Below, piece after piece: positions 35,506 to 48,950 of a stretch of 64,000 nt of DNA. The position numbers and the translations under genes were made by a program. This stretch comes from Callorhinchus milii (Eukaryota). Location of the stretch: positions 88,724,001-88,788,000 of the forward strand of contig NW_024704743.1 in NCBI RefSeq assembly GCF_018977255.1, written 5' to 3'. The notes under the pieces were generated by a model. That model was not told the origin of the DNA and ran no database searches. It worked only from the letters and a program-made list of their open reading frames with translations. Position 1 is the stretch's first letter. Every line of letters starts with the position of its first letter.

Positions 35506-36779
35506 GCATGCTTTGTAACATGGATTCTGACCATGTTTGGTGCTGTTGAGATGAATAAAACAGCAACAAGTTAATATTTTCATTGTGAGCCGTCATTTTG
35601 CTGTTGCTTTGCTTCACTTGACAAAATATGAAGTAGATTTTATTAATGATTGCTAAACTCTATCTGAATTGTAATTATTAATGAGTCACCCGTGGTTCAT
35701 CTTTATATAATTAAATGTCCCAATTATATCCTATTAATATAGAATTACAGAAATCAGATATTAACAATTAACTATCAAGCTGTTCTTTTTGTCTTCTTTT
35801 GGTGTGTGACACTAATTCAGTATTCAGCAACTTCCTACTCCACCAACTTCAACTCTAACCTTACATTTTACTGTACTGAATTAACCTCAACCATTAAGTA
35901 AGTTAGCCATTATATTAACTTCCATTGTTTACTTAATAATATACTGTAAACTACAGTAATGTGGTCACAGTATCCCCCTGATACCATTTATTCGATAAAG
36001 AGATTCTCATAAATATTAATATTCCTTGAATCCTTCACATCTCAAAGGGCTTCACAAGATGTTTTGTACACTGTGGTAACTGTGTATTTTTTAGGCAAAC
36101 ACGTCAGCCAGTTTTACACCCAATAATGTTTGAGAACAGCCATGAGGTGAATGATTAATTGATCTTGGATACACTGAAGAATCATCAGTGGTAGTTATCT
36201 CCTCAGAATAATTATCTCCTCACAATAATTGAGCCAAAGGGTGATCCATGGCATCCATTGGAATTGCCAACTCAGATCGAAGTGCTGGTTAGAGGAATAC
36301 CAGCATAACTCTGCAGAAATATCAAGAGATAATATGGTAAATGTCATTCCAATCTCAAAAGCAACTGAGCTGGTCTCAGGCCCAATCATTGTGACAGAGT
36401 TGGGAAGGTGGGGGGGGGGGGGGGGGTGGTGAGGAATCACTCCCACAGGCAATCTTTATCTGTATTGAATACTGTATCTTGTTGACCGTCTTTATCAGCA
36501 ACGATGCTCAAGATCACATCTCTTCACAAGATCACAAGATAGGTTAGATAAAGAAGGCAGTTCAGTCCATTTAATGTCATACTTGAAACCTACCATCTTC
36601 CCATTACACCATCACGCTGTTTCTTAAATAAGTTCAACGTCTTTACTCCAATTCGTGGTTATCTGCTGTGAAAAATGTTACTTCTTGTCGTCTGTCATAA
36701 AATTGCTCTTCACCTGTCATTGATCTTGAATGTTCTTGGATCAAAAGTATTATTCTGGGTTTACTTATATTACTTTCTC

Positions 36780-37150
36780 AGATGAAACGTTCTGCTGGCT
36801 GAACATGCCCCTCCTCTAATCCTTTGCTCCTCATCTCGGTAAGCGTGTATTTGGTTACTGCCCCTGACCTGAGCTTCCTCTCCTTCCTTCCTTCCTTCCT
36901 TCCTTCCTTCCTTCCTTCCTTCCTTCCTTCCTTCCTTCCTTCCCTCACTCACTCACTCACTCACTCACTCCATCCCTCCCCTCTTTCAAGGCACATCCCC
37001 AAACATACTTTTTTGATTGCTTTCGATCATCTTTCCTCTCCCAGCTCACTCAGCTCCCACCCCCAGCTTGGGTGCCTATCCGAGCACTGTGAAGTATCTT
37101 GAGATGTCGTCCCAACATGAATGGTGCTATATATAAATGTAATATATTGT
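36780..37150 (+). mobile_element. L2 3' end containing a (CCTT)n(CACT)n microsatellite at 36880-36970
   Basis: L2 tail GCACTGTGAAGTATCTTGAGATGTCGTCCCAACATGAATGGTGCTATA; microsatellite read directly. Confidence 0.75.
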
Positions 37151-37356
37151 ATTATCCACCAAAGTCTCTCTTTGAGCCTGAGGAGCTCCAGCTATAAAAT
37201 TGATCCTCATAGCTCATCCTTCTAACAATGCTCAATAGCACGTCATTGTCATATAAGTGGTGCAATCCTGTTGTTTAGAGACTAAAGGTGTCCATGTTAT
37301 CAGAGAAGAGATTGCTAAAGTGTCTGATTTTCAAACCTTATTATGTTCCCCCTAGG

Positions 37357-38590
37357 ACATCAAGGAGACCTTAATTCTGTTGTTGGTTTCTTGCAGCTTC
37401 AACTATTGTGGCTCAAAGAGTGTTTGGACAACAGCATCAGTCACCCTGCACATCCCATGCATTTTGTTAATTGCAGTTGCTGTGGAAATAGTTTGAAAAT
37501 GTCAATGTTTGATGGAAGGAAGCGATGTGTTTTATTCAGTGATTACACTAAATTAAATCAGCTTTCACCTATCACCTCAGACAAGATTAACACAGATTCA
37601 CAGAGAAGCTTTGTTCTGCCTTGATAGAAAATCTGTTTTACTAAGGTGTCGTACATCAACGTCTGAATGTGTAACCAATAAGTCTCTGTCAACCTCTGTA
37701 CAAAACAAATCGATCTTTAGTTCTTGTGGCATGTAGGTTTGGCTTTGGTTTTTCCTCAGGCCTGATTGATGCAATTTCTTTCTTTGAGAGGCTGCCACTT
37801 GCGCTGAAAAGACCTTCACTCTGCTTCCTACTGGACCTGTAATTACTCTGTCTTGACTAATGTGTTGGAGGAGTTGATGGTGGGCAGCTCAAGCTCTCTA
37901 GAAATCTGTCTTTAAACCCATACTTGAGCTGTTGCTTAAAGCCTGTCGACTCTAATTATTGGAGAGTGACTAAGAGAGCATCTCTGTAATTACTTTGTAG
38001 AAGAGAAAGTGTCATATGACATTTACAGTATACGTTACGTTACTGTGGCAACGATGAATACTATGGGCCATGTTACTGAGAGAAAAGCATCGCTTATGAT
38101 TTAGTAATTTGATCTTTATTTTCACATCTTATTAGCTCTGAACTCCTGTTTTGTGTCTGAGGATCAGTGGGCTTGTTACTTAAATTTGATAAGATCATTT
38201 GTAATGCAAGCAATAAAAGCGATTGTACTGTAATCCACATGTTTCCATGCTGAAGTGGTGTTGAAATAGTGTTGCCTTCCTTTGGAGGGTAATTGTCAGA
38301 TTGTAATTGTTTGGTTCCTGCGTTAATATTTCTAGAAAACAGATAACAACAGAAAGATTCTGGGATTAATTCCAATTCTCCAAAGAAAGTGTTACACAGC
38401 ATTGGGTAATTGAACACAGCAAAGATAAATGACATTTGTGCTAATAAGCTGGGGCTTCTTTTGAAAAGCAAACATAAGAAGGATGTGAATGGAATTAATG
38501 AAGTGAGATGTGATGCTGACGCAACCGCCGTAGTTGCTTTGCACCGCACAAACCCAGATCTGCAAACATTATTTAACATTAATAAAAATC
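37357..38590 (+). pseudogene. putative decayed coding block (strand uncertain)
   Basis: ttccccctag acceptor then an ~89-codon open frame; LNTAKINDICANKLG...AVVALHRT; an in-register 178-aa antisense ORF at 38094-38630. Confidence 0.22.
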
Positions 38591-39224
38591 CTGACATTTG
38601 AGCATCATTCACATCGGGAGAGCTCCTCAAAGCGATTTACAAGATTTACAGTGAACGGTAGTGCCTATTTTGTAGGAGAATACAGCAGCAAAGTTCTTCC
38701 ATGATTTGCNAAAAAAAATCTACAACAAGGAGCTTAAAGCTGAATTTAACAATCGGCCAAATTTTGAATGGTTTATAAAGTAATTCTAGATTTAGGTAGA
38801 ATTTCTCCCGATTAATGCGTTATTAAATCTGTGAAACAAAATTAGCAATTTGTAGTCAATAATTCAAGAATGTCTCCTTGAATGAACTCTCCCTCCCCTG
38901 CTCCAATTTTCACAATGGTTGGGTCTGAAGCTGATCCAAAGTTCCTAACATCATCGTCAGTGTTGCTTCTGAAGTTATTAACATCCAAGATTGGTTTTGA
39001 TGATCACAAAATATTTTGGTGCTATCTTACCGGACGTAGACCCACAGTCAGTGTTCAGTTTCGACTGGAAAAAATATATTGTTTTTTACCAGATTGAATA
39101 ACACATCTGTTAACAAAAGAAACATGATAATCTTCGCCCCTATATTTGCTTTATTTTAATAACTGAGCTGTTAGATCAGACAACCTAGATTGAAAAAAAA
39201 GAGGTGGTTTTTGAGGCTGGGTAA

Positions 39225-39350
39225 GACTACAGCATGAGAAGGTCACACTCAAAACGTTAACATATCACTTACAAATGCCTGGCTACCTGCTGTGTCTTTC
39301 CAGAATTTTCTATTTTTATTTCAAATTTCCAGCATTCACAGGTTTTTTTT
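39225..39350 (+). mobile_element. degraded Penelope-like pseudo-LTR
   Basis: AAAACGTTAAC...ACCTGCTGTGTCTTTCCAGAATTTTCTATTTTTATTTCAAATTTCCAGCAT, similar to 18885-18975. Confidence 0.65.
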
Positions 39351-40424
39351 CACCTCATCGTCACACAGACTTTTGTTAAGTAATTTAAGTAATGCTTTGC
39401 TTGATGTGCTCTTTTGGTTGACAGTCTATCGGGTTAAAGTGCCAAGTGAATGTAATTTGCTACACATGGAAAAAGTGAGGACAATAACAATAAGGCAGAG
39501 TGCTGACGTCATCTAGAATGTGTGCTAGGAAACTGATCTGTGATCCACCGCTATTAAAAATTGATTGAAAACTAAATGGTAGCATGTTATAAAGTCTTTA
39601 TAGTGTGATAAACACAACTGGAACAAAAGTTCCAGTGAGATGAGGGCACGTAAATGGATAATAACATTATCCATGTCAAAGTTTACATTTCCATGTCAAT
39701 CTTACTTCTGTCTCCAGAGTGTGCATTTATTGGCACTTTTGACTATCACACTTGAACAATTAGCAATCCTTCCTACATGCTTTTTAGAGGGATTTTCAAT
39801 AACAAAATATAATAATAATAATCCTTGCAATTTGATATTTGCATTTGCATACAAGGAGTAACAGGCATAGAGCAACAGTTTTAACCACATCAGGCACACA
39901 CTTCAAACAAAGTCCACGTAATGAAGAGTATAAGACAAAACAAGATTTATTAAACAATCCCTTTTTAGGTTTTGCAAAGCCTTTGGCTCCTTAGAACTAT
40001 ATTGCACTATGAGTCTCAAAACCTGTTATTACTTGATATGATGTTCAATATGTTATTGAGAAAGTCACAAAGACAAAGGCAGGAAGCAGATTATGAAAGA
40101 TCTGCATGCGTTCAATGTCACTGAGTCTGATTTACTAAATAATGCCAAACTGTATATAATATTTAGTTGTTTTCAAATTATATTCTGTGTTATTTTGAGT
40201 AGTTTATATCAATATAAAAAGTAATGCAGTTAACTGGAAGGATACAACAATTCAAGATAATGTCTGAAGATGAATCAGTCAAGGATTATTTATTTTGACA
40301 GACATTAAATCCTGGATGAGCCTAAACCTTCTTCAACACAACATCAACCAAACACATTATCCTGCTCAGCTCCCACCAGCACCTCCGCACCTTATACGTT
40401 GACCAAATCAACCTCTCTTGACAT

Positions 40425-41360
40425 TCACTCTACACACTGTATGAGTGCAATTGTTAATAGTTGTTGTTGAGAATAAATGAAAATCCATGAATCCTCAGAT
40501 TGTATTCTCTCGAGTTCAGAAGGTTGAGGGGGTGTCTGATTGAGGTATTTAAAATTATGAAGGGAATTGATAGGCTGAATAGTGATCAAAAGTTTCCTTT
40601 GGAGAGAGAACTGGGGACATGAGGCAATAGTCTTAAACTTGAGGCTAAACTGTTTCAAAGTGAAATAAGGAAGCATTTATTTTCGCAGTTGGTGGTATGG
40701 ATGTGAAATTCATTCCCCCAGAAGGCAGTTCAGGCAGTCAGTTGAAGAATTTGAAAGGCAAATAGATATATGCTTGAGAGACAGCATCAAACGTGGAGTC
40801 CTGTAGCTCAATGGTTAAAGGTCTCGCCTCGCAAGAGACAGGTTGATTCCTGGCAGGGCGAAATGTTGGGCAGGTTACCTTACTGATTTTCTAAGACTGT
40901 TCAGTGCCCTGGGACATATTTCCAATGTGAAGGGCGATATACAAGTGTAATTTGTTTTTGTTACTCCACATGCTTCTGTTTACCAAGCAGTAAGTAGGAA
41001 CCCAGTTGTAGATCACTTTTCCGGGGGTAATAATTCCTCAATAAATAAATAAATAATAAATTGTTCACTCAATCCACAACTATTTGGGGGACACTGATGT
41101 ATGCAATTGGCTGCGGTGTTTAGCCCACAAAATATACAGTCAATTCACTTTGCAATATATTCTGTGAAGCGCTTTGACACATCTTGAAGATGTGATAAGG
41201 TGCTATTACAAATGCAAGAATTATTATTATTATTATGAAGGACATGGAGAGAGAGTGGGGAGATGGAACTGAGTTGCAGATCGGCCATGATCTTGAAAAT
41301 GGTGGGGCAGATTCAATTGGGCTGAATGGCCTACTCCTGTTTCTGTGTTGAGATGTTCCT
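40425..41360 (+). mobile_element. nested stack: CR1 3' end, containing a tRNA-SINE (40797-41236), containing an L2 tail (40885-40960)
   Basis: CR1 RGxLIEVFKIM...GHE before the SINE and AATGGCCTACTCCTG after it; SINE head GTCCTGTAGCTCAATGG; TTACT duplicated at 40880 and 40961. Confidence 0.88.
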
Positions 41361-41409
41361 ATGAAAACTGTTTTGTGGAGCATGCAGAACAAATATATGT
41401 CCAAGCGCA

Positions 41410-41530
41410 CTTTAAGTGAATTAAAATTAATTAAATTAAATTATTTAATTAATATTATTAAACTATTGAATTAATTGATTATTATTAAACTTAAATTTAA
41501 TTTAAATTAATTTAAGGTACTTAAAGAAAA
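41410..41530. repeat. near-pure AT low-complexity tract, quasi-palindromic
   Basis: CTTTAAGT...(AATT-rich)...ACTTAAAG. Confidence 0.7.
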
Positions 41531-42593
41531 ATTAAAGGTGAGGAAAAGGAAGATTTGTAAAGCTTTTAGGGAGGAGTGGGAGGTTGACCAATGTGTCAAG
41601 TACAAAACTATATGGAAGACAAGTGAGAAAGTTGGGATGAGACAGAGGCGGAAGCCAAACAAAAACACCAAAAAAATTCCAGTATCCCAATATGAAAATA
41701 GTATAAAGCAACAATAAACAAGACATTAGGTTGCTGGGCCATATTACCAGATCAACTGACTTCAGATCTCCCAAATTTTACTCAAACGGTATAGCTGATT
41801 AACTAGAGTATTGCATAACATGCTGCACCATAAACGGGTATGTTCAGGCACCAGAAGCAATGCAGAGAAGAGCAATGAGGTTGAACCCTCAGAGAGATGA
41901 GTTTTGAGGAACAATTAGGTAATGCTCTTCAAGGTTCTTCAGCCTTGAATTGATATGTCGGAGACATCTAAAGCACTAATAAATGACATAGAGAAAGTAA
42001 GCAGAACAACATTTTCAGATACACCAAGGCAACAGGGCAGGATTGTTGAGGGAAATTTAGGGCAGGAACCAGTTAGTATTGTTATATAGAGGATAATCAA
42101 AAGCTGGAACAGGACACTGGCACAGAGCATTTGTGAAACAGTTTATACTGTAAGGGGAAGAAGGTAGGGTGCGTATTCCGGGAAGATAATATATAATAAT
42201 CCTGACATTTGATAAAGAGTCTTATCGTGTCATTAAGACATCTCAAAATACTTCATGGGATTTAATAATAATCCTTAATTCTTGCATTTCATGTCAGATG
42301 TTCCAAGCACTTTACAGGATTTACTGTGAAATGAGTGACTATGTATTTGTAGACGAACACAGCAGCCAATTGCCCCAATCAATCTCCCACAAACAGCCAT
42401 TAAATGAATGAACATTGTTTTTTATTTTAGGGGATTGTTGGCCAGGACACTGGGAACAACTCATTTCTCTTTTTAAGTAGCATCATGCATTTAACAACCA
42501 CCTGAACAGGTAGATGGGGCCTCAATTTAACATCTCATCCGAAGGACAGGATGAAAAGGATCAGAAGGACTTTTTCATCCAGATTCATTTGTG

Positions 42594-43480
42594 AATCATA
42601 GAATCATGCAGCCTAGAAAGAGGCCATTCGGCTCATCGCGTCTGCGCCAACTCCTAAAAGAGCAATCCAACTCAATCCCACTGGCCCGCTTTCTCTCCAT
42701 AGCCCCGCAATCTTGTCCTCCCCAAATACCCATCTACTTCTCTCTTAAAAGTTGTTATTGAATTGGCTTCCACTACCCTTTCAGGTAATGCATTCCAGAT
42801 CTGAACAATTCGTTGGTGAAATTTTTTTTAATAACCTCCCTTCTGTTTCTTTTAACAACTATCTTAAATCGGTGTCCTCGGGTTACTGACCCACATGTCA
42901 GTGGAAACAGTTTTTCCTGGTTCAACCTATCAAAGCCTCTCATGTTCTTGAAGACTTCTATTAAATCACCTCTTAATCTTCTCTGCTCTAGGGAGAATAA
43001 TCCTCGTTTCGCTAACCTCTTCCATTAACTAAGGCCCTTCATTCCTGGTACCATCCTGGTAGATCTCCTTTGCACCCTCTCCAATGCCCTAACATCTTTC
43101 CTAAAGTGCGGTGCCCAGAACTGAACGCAATACTCCAACTGAGGCCTAACCAGCATTTTATAAATATTCAACATAATTTCCTGACTTTTGAATTCTGTGC
43201 CCCTATTTATAAAACCTAGTATCCCGTATGCTTTTTTTCTACCTGTCCTGCCACCTTCAGAGATTTGCTTATGTGGATCCCCAAGTCTCTCATTTCATTT
43301 CCCGCCCTTAAGATTGTACCATCTAGCTTATTCTGCCTCTCCTCATTCTTCTTACCAAAATGTAACACTTCACATTTCTCCACATTAAACCTCATCTGCC
43401 ACGTTTCTGCCCATTTGATTAATCTGTTTAAGTCCTCTTGGAGTCTCGTGCTGTCCTCCTCACCATTAATTACTTTTTCT
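42594..43480 (-). mobile_element. CR1 LINE 3' ~0.9 kb
   Basis: GAATCATAGAATCAT tail; minus strand encodes WQMRFNVEKCEVLHFG, YCVQFWAPHFRKD, RGDLIEVFK. Confidence 0.93.
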
Positions 43481-44769
43481 AGTGCACAAAAGTGAACTTC
43501 ACAAGATCTTCAGAAGAATATGAGAGCTACAAATAGGAATGCATGAGATATGTAGTATCCTTTTACAGAGCATTCACCCACAAAATATACAGTCAATTTA
43601 CCTTACAGTATATTCTTTGAAGTGCTTTGAGATGTCTCAGAGACATGATAAGGCTCTATATCAAATTCAAGAAGTATTATTATTTACCAGTGCAGTGCAC
43701 AAAAATGAATTAAAAATGAACAGTAAGAGAAAAGAAAATGTGTCACTGTAATGCAATTTTTAAATCTTTTCAGCATTTGTTGAATAGCATCCTGCTATGC
43801 TGTTCATAACAATATTTCTCAAATATTTATTCTTTACAATCAGATATTCTATCCTGCAAATTTAATTAAATTCTGAGGGAGAGGCGATGTTGTTTAAGCA
43901 AAAAAACTCAGAATGCCAGTCAGTTATTGAAGTCCATTAGATTTGATGGACTAGCATTATTAGTGCTATCTGCTGAACAGAAAGCAATGCAAAATGCCAC
44001 TGAATTGTATGTTGTCACTTACAACAGAATGAACCTGGGATGAAATAATGGAAACGTCAACTGAACCAGAATGAGATGTTACTCTAAAGTTGGAAGTGAG
44101 CTTATATCTGTCAATAGATCATGCCCATTCACCACCATTCATCTCAATGGACTTGATTGTATCTGTTTTTTATTTGAACTAAGTTTAGTTGTGTGGCCAT
44201 TGTTTGTGCAAATGCCGTTTGTTGGCAATACAGGCAAACAATTTGAAACCTTCCAAACAGCCCACATGCTTTCAGGTTCATTTAGGTTACTTTACTGGCA
44301 ATAAAAAGTTGACGTTGACACTTGCAGCCACTTTTTTACTGTGCAGCCATTGCATCTTGCTGCACAAATGTCACAATACTGTACAAGTCTTGTCTTAATG
44401 GAGCAACAAGTTCTGAAAAAGAGAACCAGTCTGCCTTTTGATGATAAATTGTCACTTGGTTCTGTTTGTAATGCTGTTGCTTTTGGGACGGAAGATTTTG
44501 GTTTAAGCCCCACTTGTGCTCACAGTCTAAGGTAAAACTCTGGTGCAGTGCTGTGGGAGTGCTGCATTCCTGCTGTTGCTATCCTTCAGAGTAAATGTTA
44601 ATCCACGGTCTGGGTTTCCTGCCCAGCAATCCTCCAGAGACATTTATCATTCATTTCTTGGCTGTTTGTGTTGTACGTAAATGTTTACCCACAAAATGTT
44701 TTCCTACCAAATACATAGACACTACCCTTGACAGCTTTCAAAGTTTTGATTTTGTAGACACTATATCAA

Positions 44770-45221
44770 ATAACAATCCTTGCATTTTTAATACAGCACC
44801 TTATCTCATCTTCGAGACGTCTCAAAGCACTTCATAGAGTATACTGTAAAATGAATTGACTGTACATTTTGTGGGTGAAGCGCGGCAGCCAATTTCACAC
44901 ACCAATGTCCACAAACAGATGTGGATTGAGTGACCAAATTATTTTTATTTATTTTGAAGGAATTAAATAAAAACTACTGTGTAAAAATTAGCTGCTGCGT
45001 TTCGCCCACACAATATACAGTCAATTCACTTTACAGTATACTCTGTGAAGCGCTTTGAGATGACTTGAAGACACAATAAGGAGCTATATCAAATGCAAGG
45101 ATTATTATATTGTTATTATTATAATAATTACCCCCAGAAAAGCAATCCACTAATCGACTAACAACCGGGTTGCTACTTACTGCTAGGTAAACAGAGGCGT
45201 GTGGAGTAAGGAAACTTGCCC
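44770..45221 (-). mobile_element. SINE2-1-like copy (-) interrupted by a + copy of the same family's 3' tail (about 44966-45120)
   Basis: 44775-44895 is the reverse complement of 44985-45105; the SINE body resumes at 45121-45221. Confidence 0.85.
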
Positions 45222-46449
45222 TGTCGGGAAGGAAGGGCAGTCAGTAGGAGTGAAACCCAGATGATAAATACAAGGATTATGACAATTGTAATGGCAGAAA
45301 ACAATGCATTTTTTACAATTTGCTAATACTGTATTATCGACCTCAATGTGGGTTTGATTTAACCCTCTATGGGAGTGTATTGGAACATTATTGATTATTG
45401 ATTGGTTTCCTGAAAAAAAGAATGAATTTCAGACAATCTTTATCAGTTCACTTTTCACATCACACACAAGATTTCTTTAATGACAGGAAGAGTTTTTTAA
45501 AAAAATAAGCACAAGATAAAAACAAACTGCAATGAAAAGCAGAAGTTTCTTGGTCAGTTTTGGGCACAGTGGATGTTTTTGTATTCAGCATTGCCACCTT
45601 TAACCTTACTGAATATCCCCCCAAAATACTTTCGGCAGGAGTTTTATTTTGTACGTGTGCAGTGGGGAACTTCCAACGTTGTTTCTGTGTCAATGTGGAG
45701 GATGTGAAAGGGAGGAAGGGCAGGCAGTAGGAGTGAAACCTGGATGTTAAACATTTGAATTGAAATGTCAGTGACATTGCTTGTTGTAATATCTAGTCAC
45801 AGGTTTAGCAGAATGAAGGAATGTGTGTGGAGACCAGCAGGAGAATGGTAGTGATAATGTAGTGTGCGGGAGAGAGCAGAGTGGGGTAATGATACTGTGT
45901 AGGAGACAATGGGGCTGGAAGAGTGTAATTAAATGGAAGAGGCAGCAAAATAAACAGAGCAGATAAGATGAGATTTACATGGAAAAATGAAAGGTTTAGG
46001 CTTTAAAGGAGCCTCTCGTGTAAACTTAAATATGTCGGGCGAGAAATTCCACTTGGGTCTAGATTTATTCCATTTTCTAAGTCTCTCAGTGTGTGGAAAA
46101 TTTGGCATATTGTTGAATTCAGTTTTAAATTTGAAGCCTATTTTCTGTAGTTTCATAAAAAAACAGTAAAAAAGACTGATTCAGGAAAAAATCCACCAAG
46201 GTTCAGTTGGCTGTTTTCAGGGCATGCACAATTTGGCAAATTCTTAAAATGCAGTTAACTCTGAAATTATTTTATTACTCTAAGTTCTCATGAGGTGAAA
46301 TACTGACTGACCAAAAACTGAACAAACAACAACAACAGCTTGCATTTATACAGTGTCTTTCACGTGGAGCAACATCTCAGAGTGCTTACATTTTTCTTGG
46401 GCGAAAGTTATCAATGGGACTAATTGATAGTGAAGGCAATGCTATCTAT

Positions 46450-46720
46450 AGTGACCATTGGTGGGCAGGCCTTCAGCCTATCCTCTGGAGCTCCATCCCA
46501 CAGTCCCTCCACCTCACCCTCTCCCTTGCCACCTTCAAGACCCGCCTCAAGACTCCTCTTCGACCATGTCTTTGGTCACCCTCTAAACCCTCCCCTCCCT
46601 GCCCTCCACCCCTCCTGATCCCAACCACCACCTCAGGTGCGGATCCCTAACTGTCCAGCTCCTTGGGATGTCCTCCTGATGTGAAAGGCGCTGATACAAA
46701 TGTAATTTGTTGTTATTGTT
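46450..46720 (+). mobile_element. L2 3' end
   Basis: TIGGQAFS...LWSSIPQSL...FKTRLKT; standard L2 tail. Confidence 0.9.
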
Positions 46721-48193
46721 AAGGTCATCGCCATCTTCACTGTGATTCTCCACAACATAGAGCTGATGTTTTCATAAGCTGGCAAGGGAACCTGAAGTCA
46801 AAAAGAAAAATGATATCTCCTACATAAACTCTATCAATTGTAACTGTTTATTTTGTGCTTGATTTAATGATAAAACCAGTAAAGCAATGCCAGCTCAAAA
46901 TATGACATGAGAGCCAGTGGTAATTTGATATGATAACTTCTGTTATCCTTACACTCATAAAATATTTTATAGCTGTGCATTTGCTATTTTAATATAAGTG
47001 TGGAAATCTGAAAGGGTAAAAAGTGAGATGATGCATATTAGCTGTGGGTGGGAAACTTTCTCTGTGCTGGTCTAAAGCAATCTCTGAGTGCTGTGTGTGT
47101 TAGTCACAAGGTTACTAATGCTGAGTAGAGTCATAACACCATTTAGGTGTCCACTTGGGTCATTTGGTAGCACTCATGCCTCTGAGTCAGATGATTGTGG
47201 GTTCAAGTCACGTATGGGGTCCAAATTGACTGTTGTGTTTGCTTACAGAATGAACAGTCATGACACCTTACTGTGGATTCTGTGAAGTGCTTTGACATCT
47301 TCCTGACATGTAAGGTACTATATCAAATATCAAAGATTATTATACTATATAATTATTTTCAGATTGAATCAAAATTACCTGGAAACATCTACCAAGTTCA
47401 AAAACAGCAACATATGACTTAATCAATTAGATTATTTCCATGATATGACAAGCTATCAGGATCCTTTTCGATAAATTTAACATAAGTAAGCTGTTTCCAC
47501 TGGTTGGGGAGTCTGTAATCAGGGGACACAAAGATAAGATAGCTCCTAGAGGATCAAAAGAGAATTTAAGAGAAACAGTGGGGAAGTGAGGTTGTGAAAC
47601 TCGTTGCCTGAAGTGGTGGTTGAATCAGATAGTGTATATACATTCAATAAGAAGCTAGACCTTCATTGTTAAGAGCTTTATTTTTGATTATGTTTTTGGA
47701 CACTTTCGATCTACCTTACACAGCTCCCACCCATTCCTAGCTCGGGCTCCCATCAGCTCTGTGAAGTGCTTTTGAGACGTCCTCCCAGTGTGAAAGACAT
47801 TAAATAAATGTAAAATTGTTGTTGAAATGTTGTTGGTAAGAACATTTCTGGATGGAGGAAGAAAAAGGGCACTTTGACCAAAGTATCAATTTTCAGGAAT
47901 GACTCAATTCTTAAGAGATGGAGGCAGATGTATTTCTGTTCAGCAGTCACAACTGCACTGTGGCAAGACATGACAGCTGCTTTCAAATTGGAGACAAGCT
48001 GTGGATTTAGATGTGGTTTGCATGACTTACAGCGCTGGCCATATGAAGTTCCCTTCATCTTGATTAACAAGCAGTCTTATTAAGGGCTGATTCCATACCA
48101 CTGTCCGCAAAGAATGGGGTGGGGGTTGAATATCTTGAGCTTTAAGACTTAGTTCTTGTCAAATGGCAAATTCATGATGTTCCTAGGAAATGT

Positions 48194-48207
48194 GTTGTCA
48201 TAGCAAC
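48194..48207. promoter_or_regulatory. 14-bp RFX X-box, with a TTCCTAGGAA palindrome just upstream
   Basis: GTTGTCATAGCAAC versus consensus GTTGCCATGGCAAC; TTCCTAGGAA at 48180-48189. Confidence 0.45.
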
Positions 48208-48689
48208 TGAATTTGTGATTGAGAGGAATGAATCAAAGCTAAATCAGCGATGGGAGGTGTGATACAAGAAACTGCAGCAGGAGGGAAGTGAAATCAGATT
48301 AGAGAAATGGACCAGATTAGGACGTTTAAGCCTATAATAAGTAATGCCCTGAGTTCAGCCTGATGAGCATCTGTATGCATTGCACTGGCTACAATGATGT
48401 AGAGATTTTCATTTTCACTGACTGCAATAAAATAGTGCACAATATTGAACAGAACTGTAATATTCTAATGCTGTGATGTGATCTCATTCTTCCAGAATAC
48501 CCTCTCTACCGATCTTCTATCAGAGCATCAAGATGCTTCTTTAAGGAGTCTGGCGTCCTGACCTCAAGCACCTTGCTGAAAAATTAAATCCATTCACAAA
48601 TGTTTGGTTCAAGTCTGATAAGCACTAATATGACACTTTTCAAACCTGCATCATATGGCATAAGATGACTTTAGTTTATTGGGTTCACC

Positions 48690-48950
48690 ACAATTTCTTC
48701 GTGGTCCACTGGGTAAAAGCCCCACACAATGCAGCACTGTACCATATCAGCGAGATAATTGTGCCAGCCAATCATCTGGAGAAGCAGTAGGATGTGTACA
48801 AGATCGGGCCTGATATCCTCCTTTATCCCCCTCAACTAAGATGCCGATACTCACTGTATTGACTCGCTCATGAGATATTAGCTAGTTGGGTAAGGTACAA
48901 TCTAAGTGTACTTCAACAAAGAATCAACAGCTTCAAGGTCACAAGATAAA
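48690..48950 (+). mobile_element. LF-SINE-like relic
   Basis: CAAGATCGGGC...TGCCGATACTCACTGT...CATGAGA...TTGGGTAAGGTAC...CAAAGAATCAACAGCTTCAAGG. Confidence 0.6.

Noticed and set aside
36410..36426. Poly-G tract as a functional element
   Set aside because: Simple homopolymer of uncertain length with no supporting context
36770..37102. EGRK-repeat and LPSF-repeat ORFs
   Set aside because: Translations of a (CCTT)n microsatellite
12070..38710. Single N bases at 12070, 12290 and 38710
   Set aside because: Each abuts a homopolymer, so they are assembly ambiguities. They are a caution that some frameshifts here may be sequencing errors
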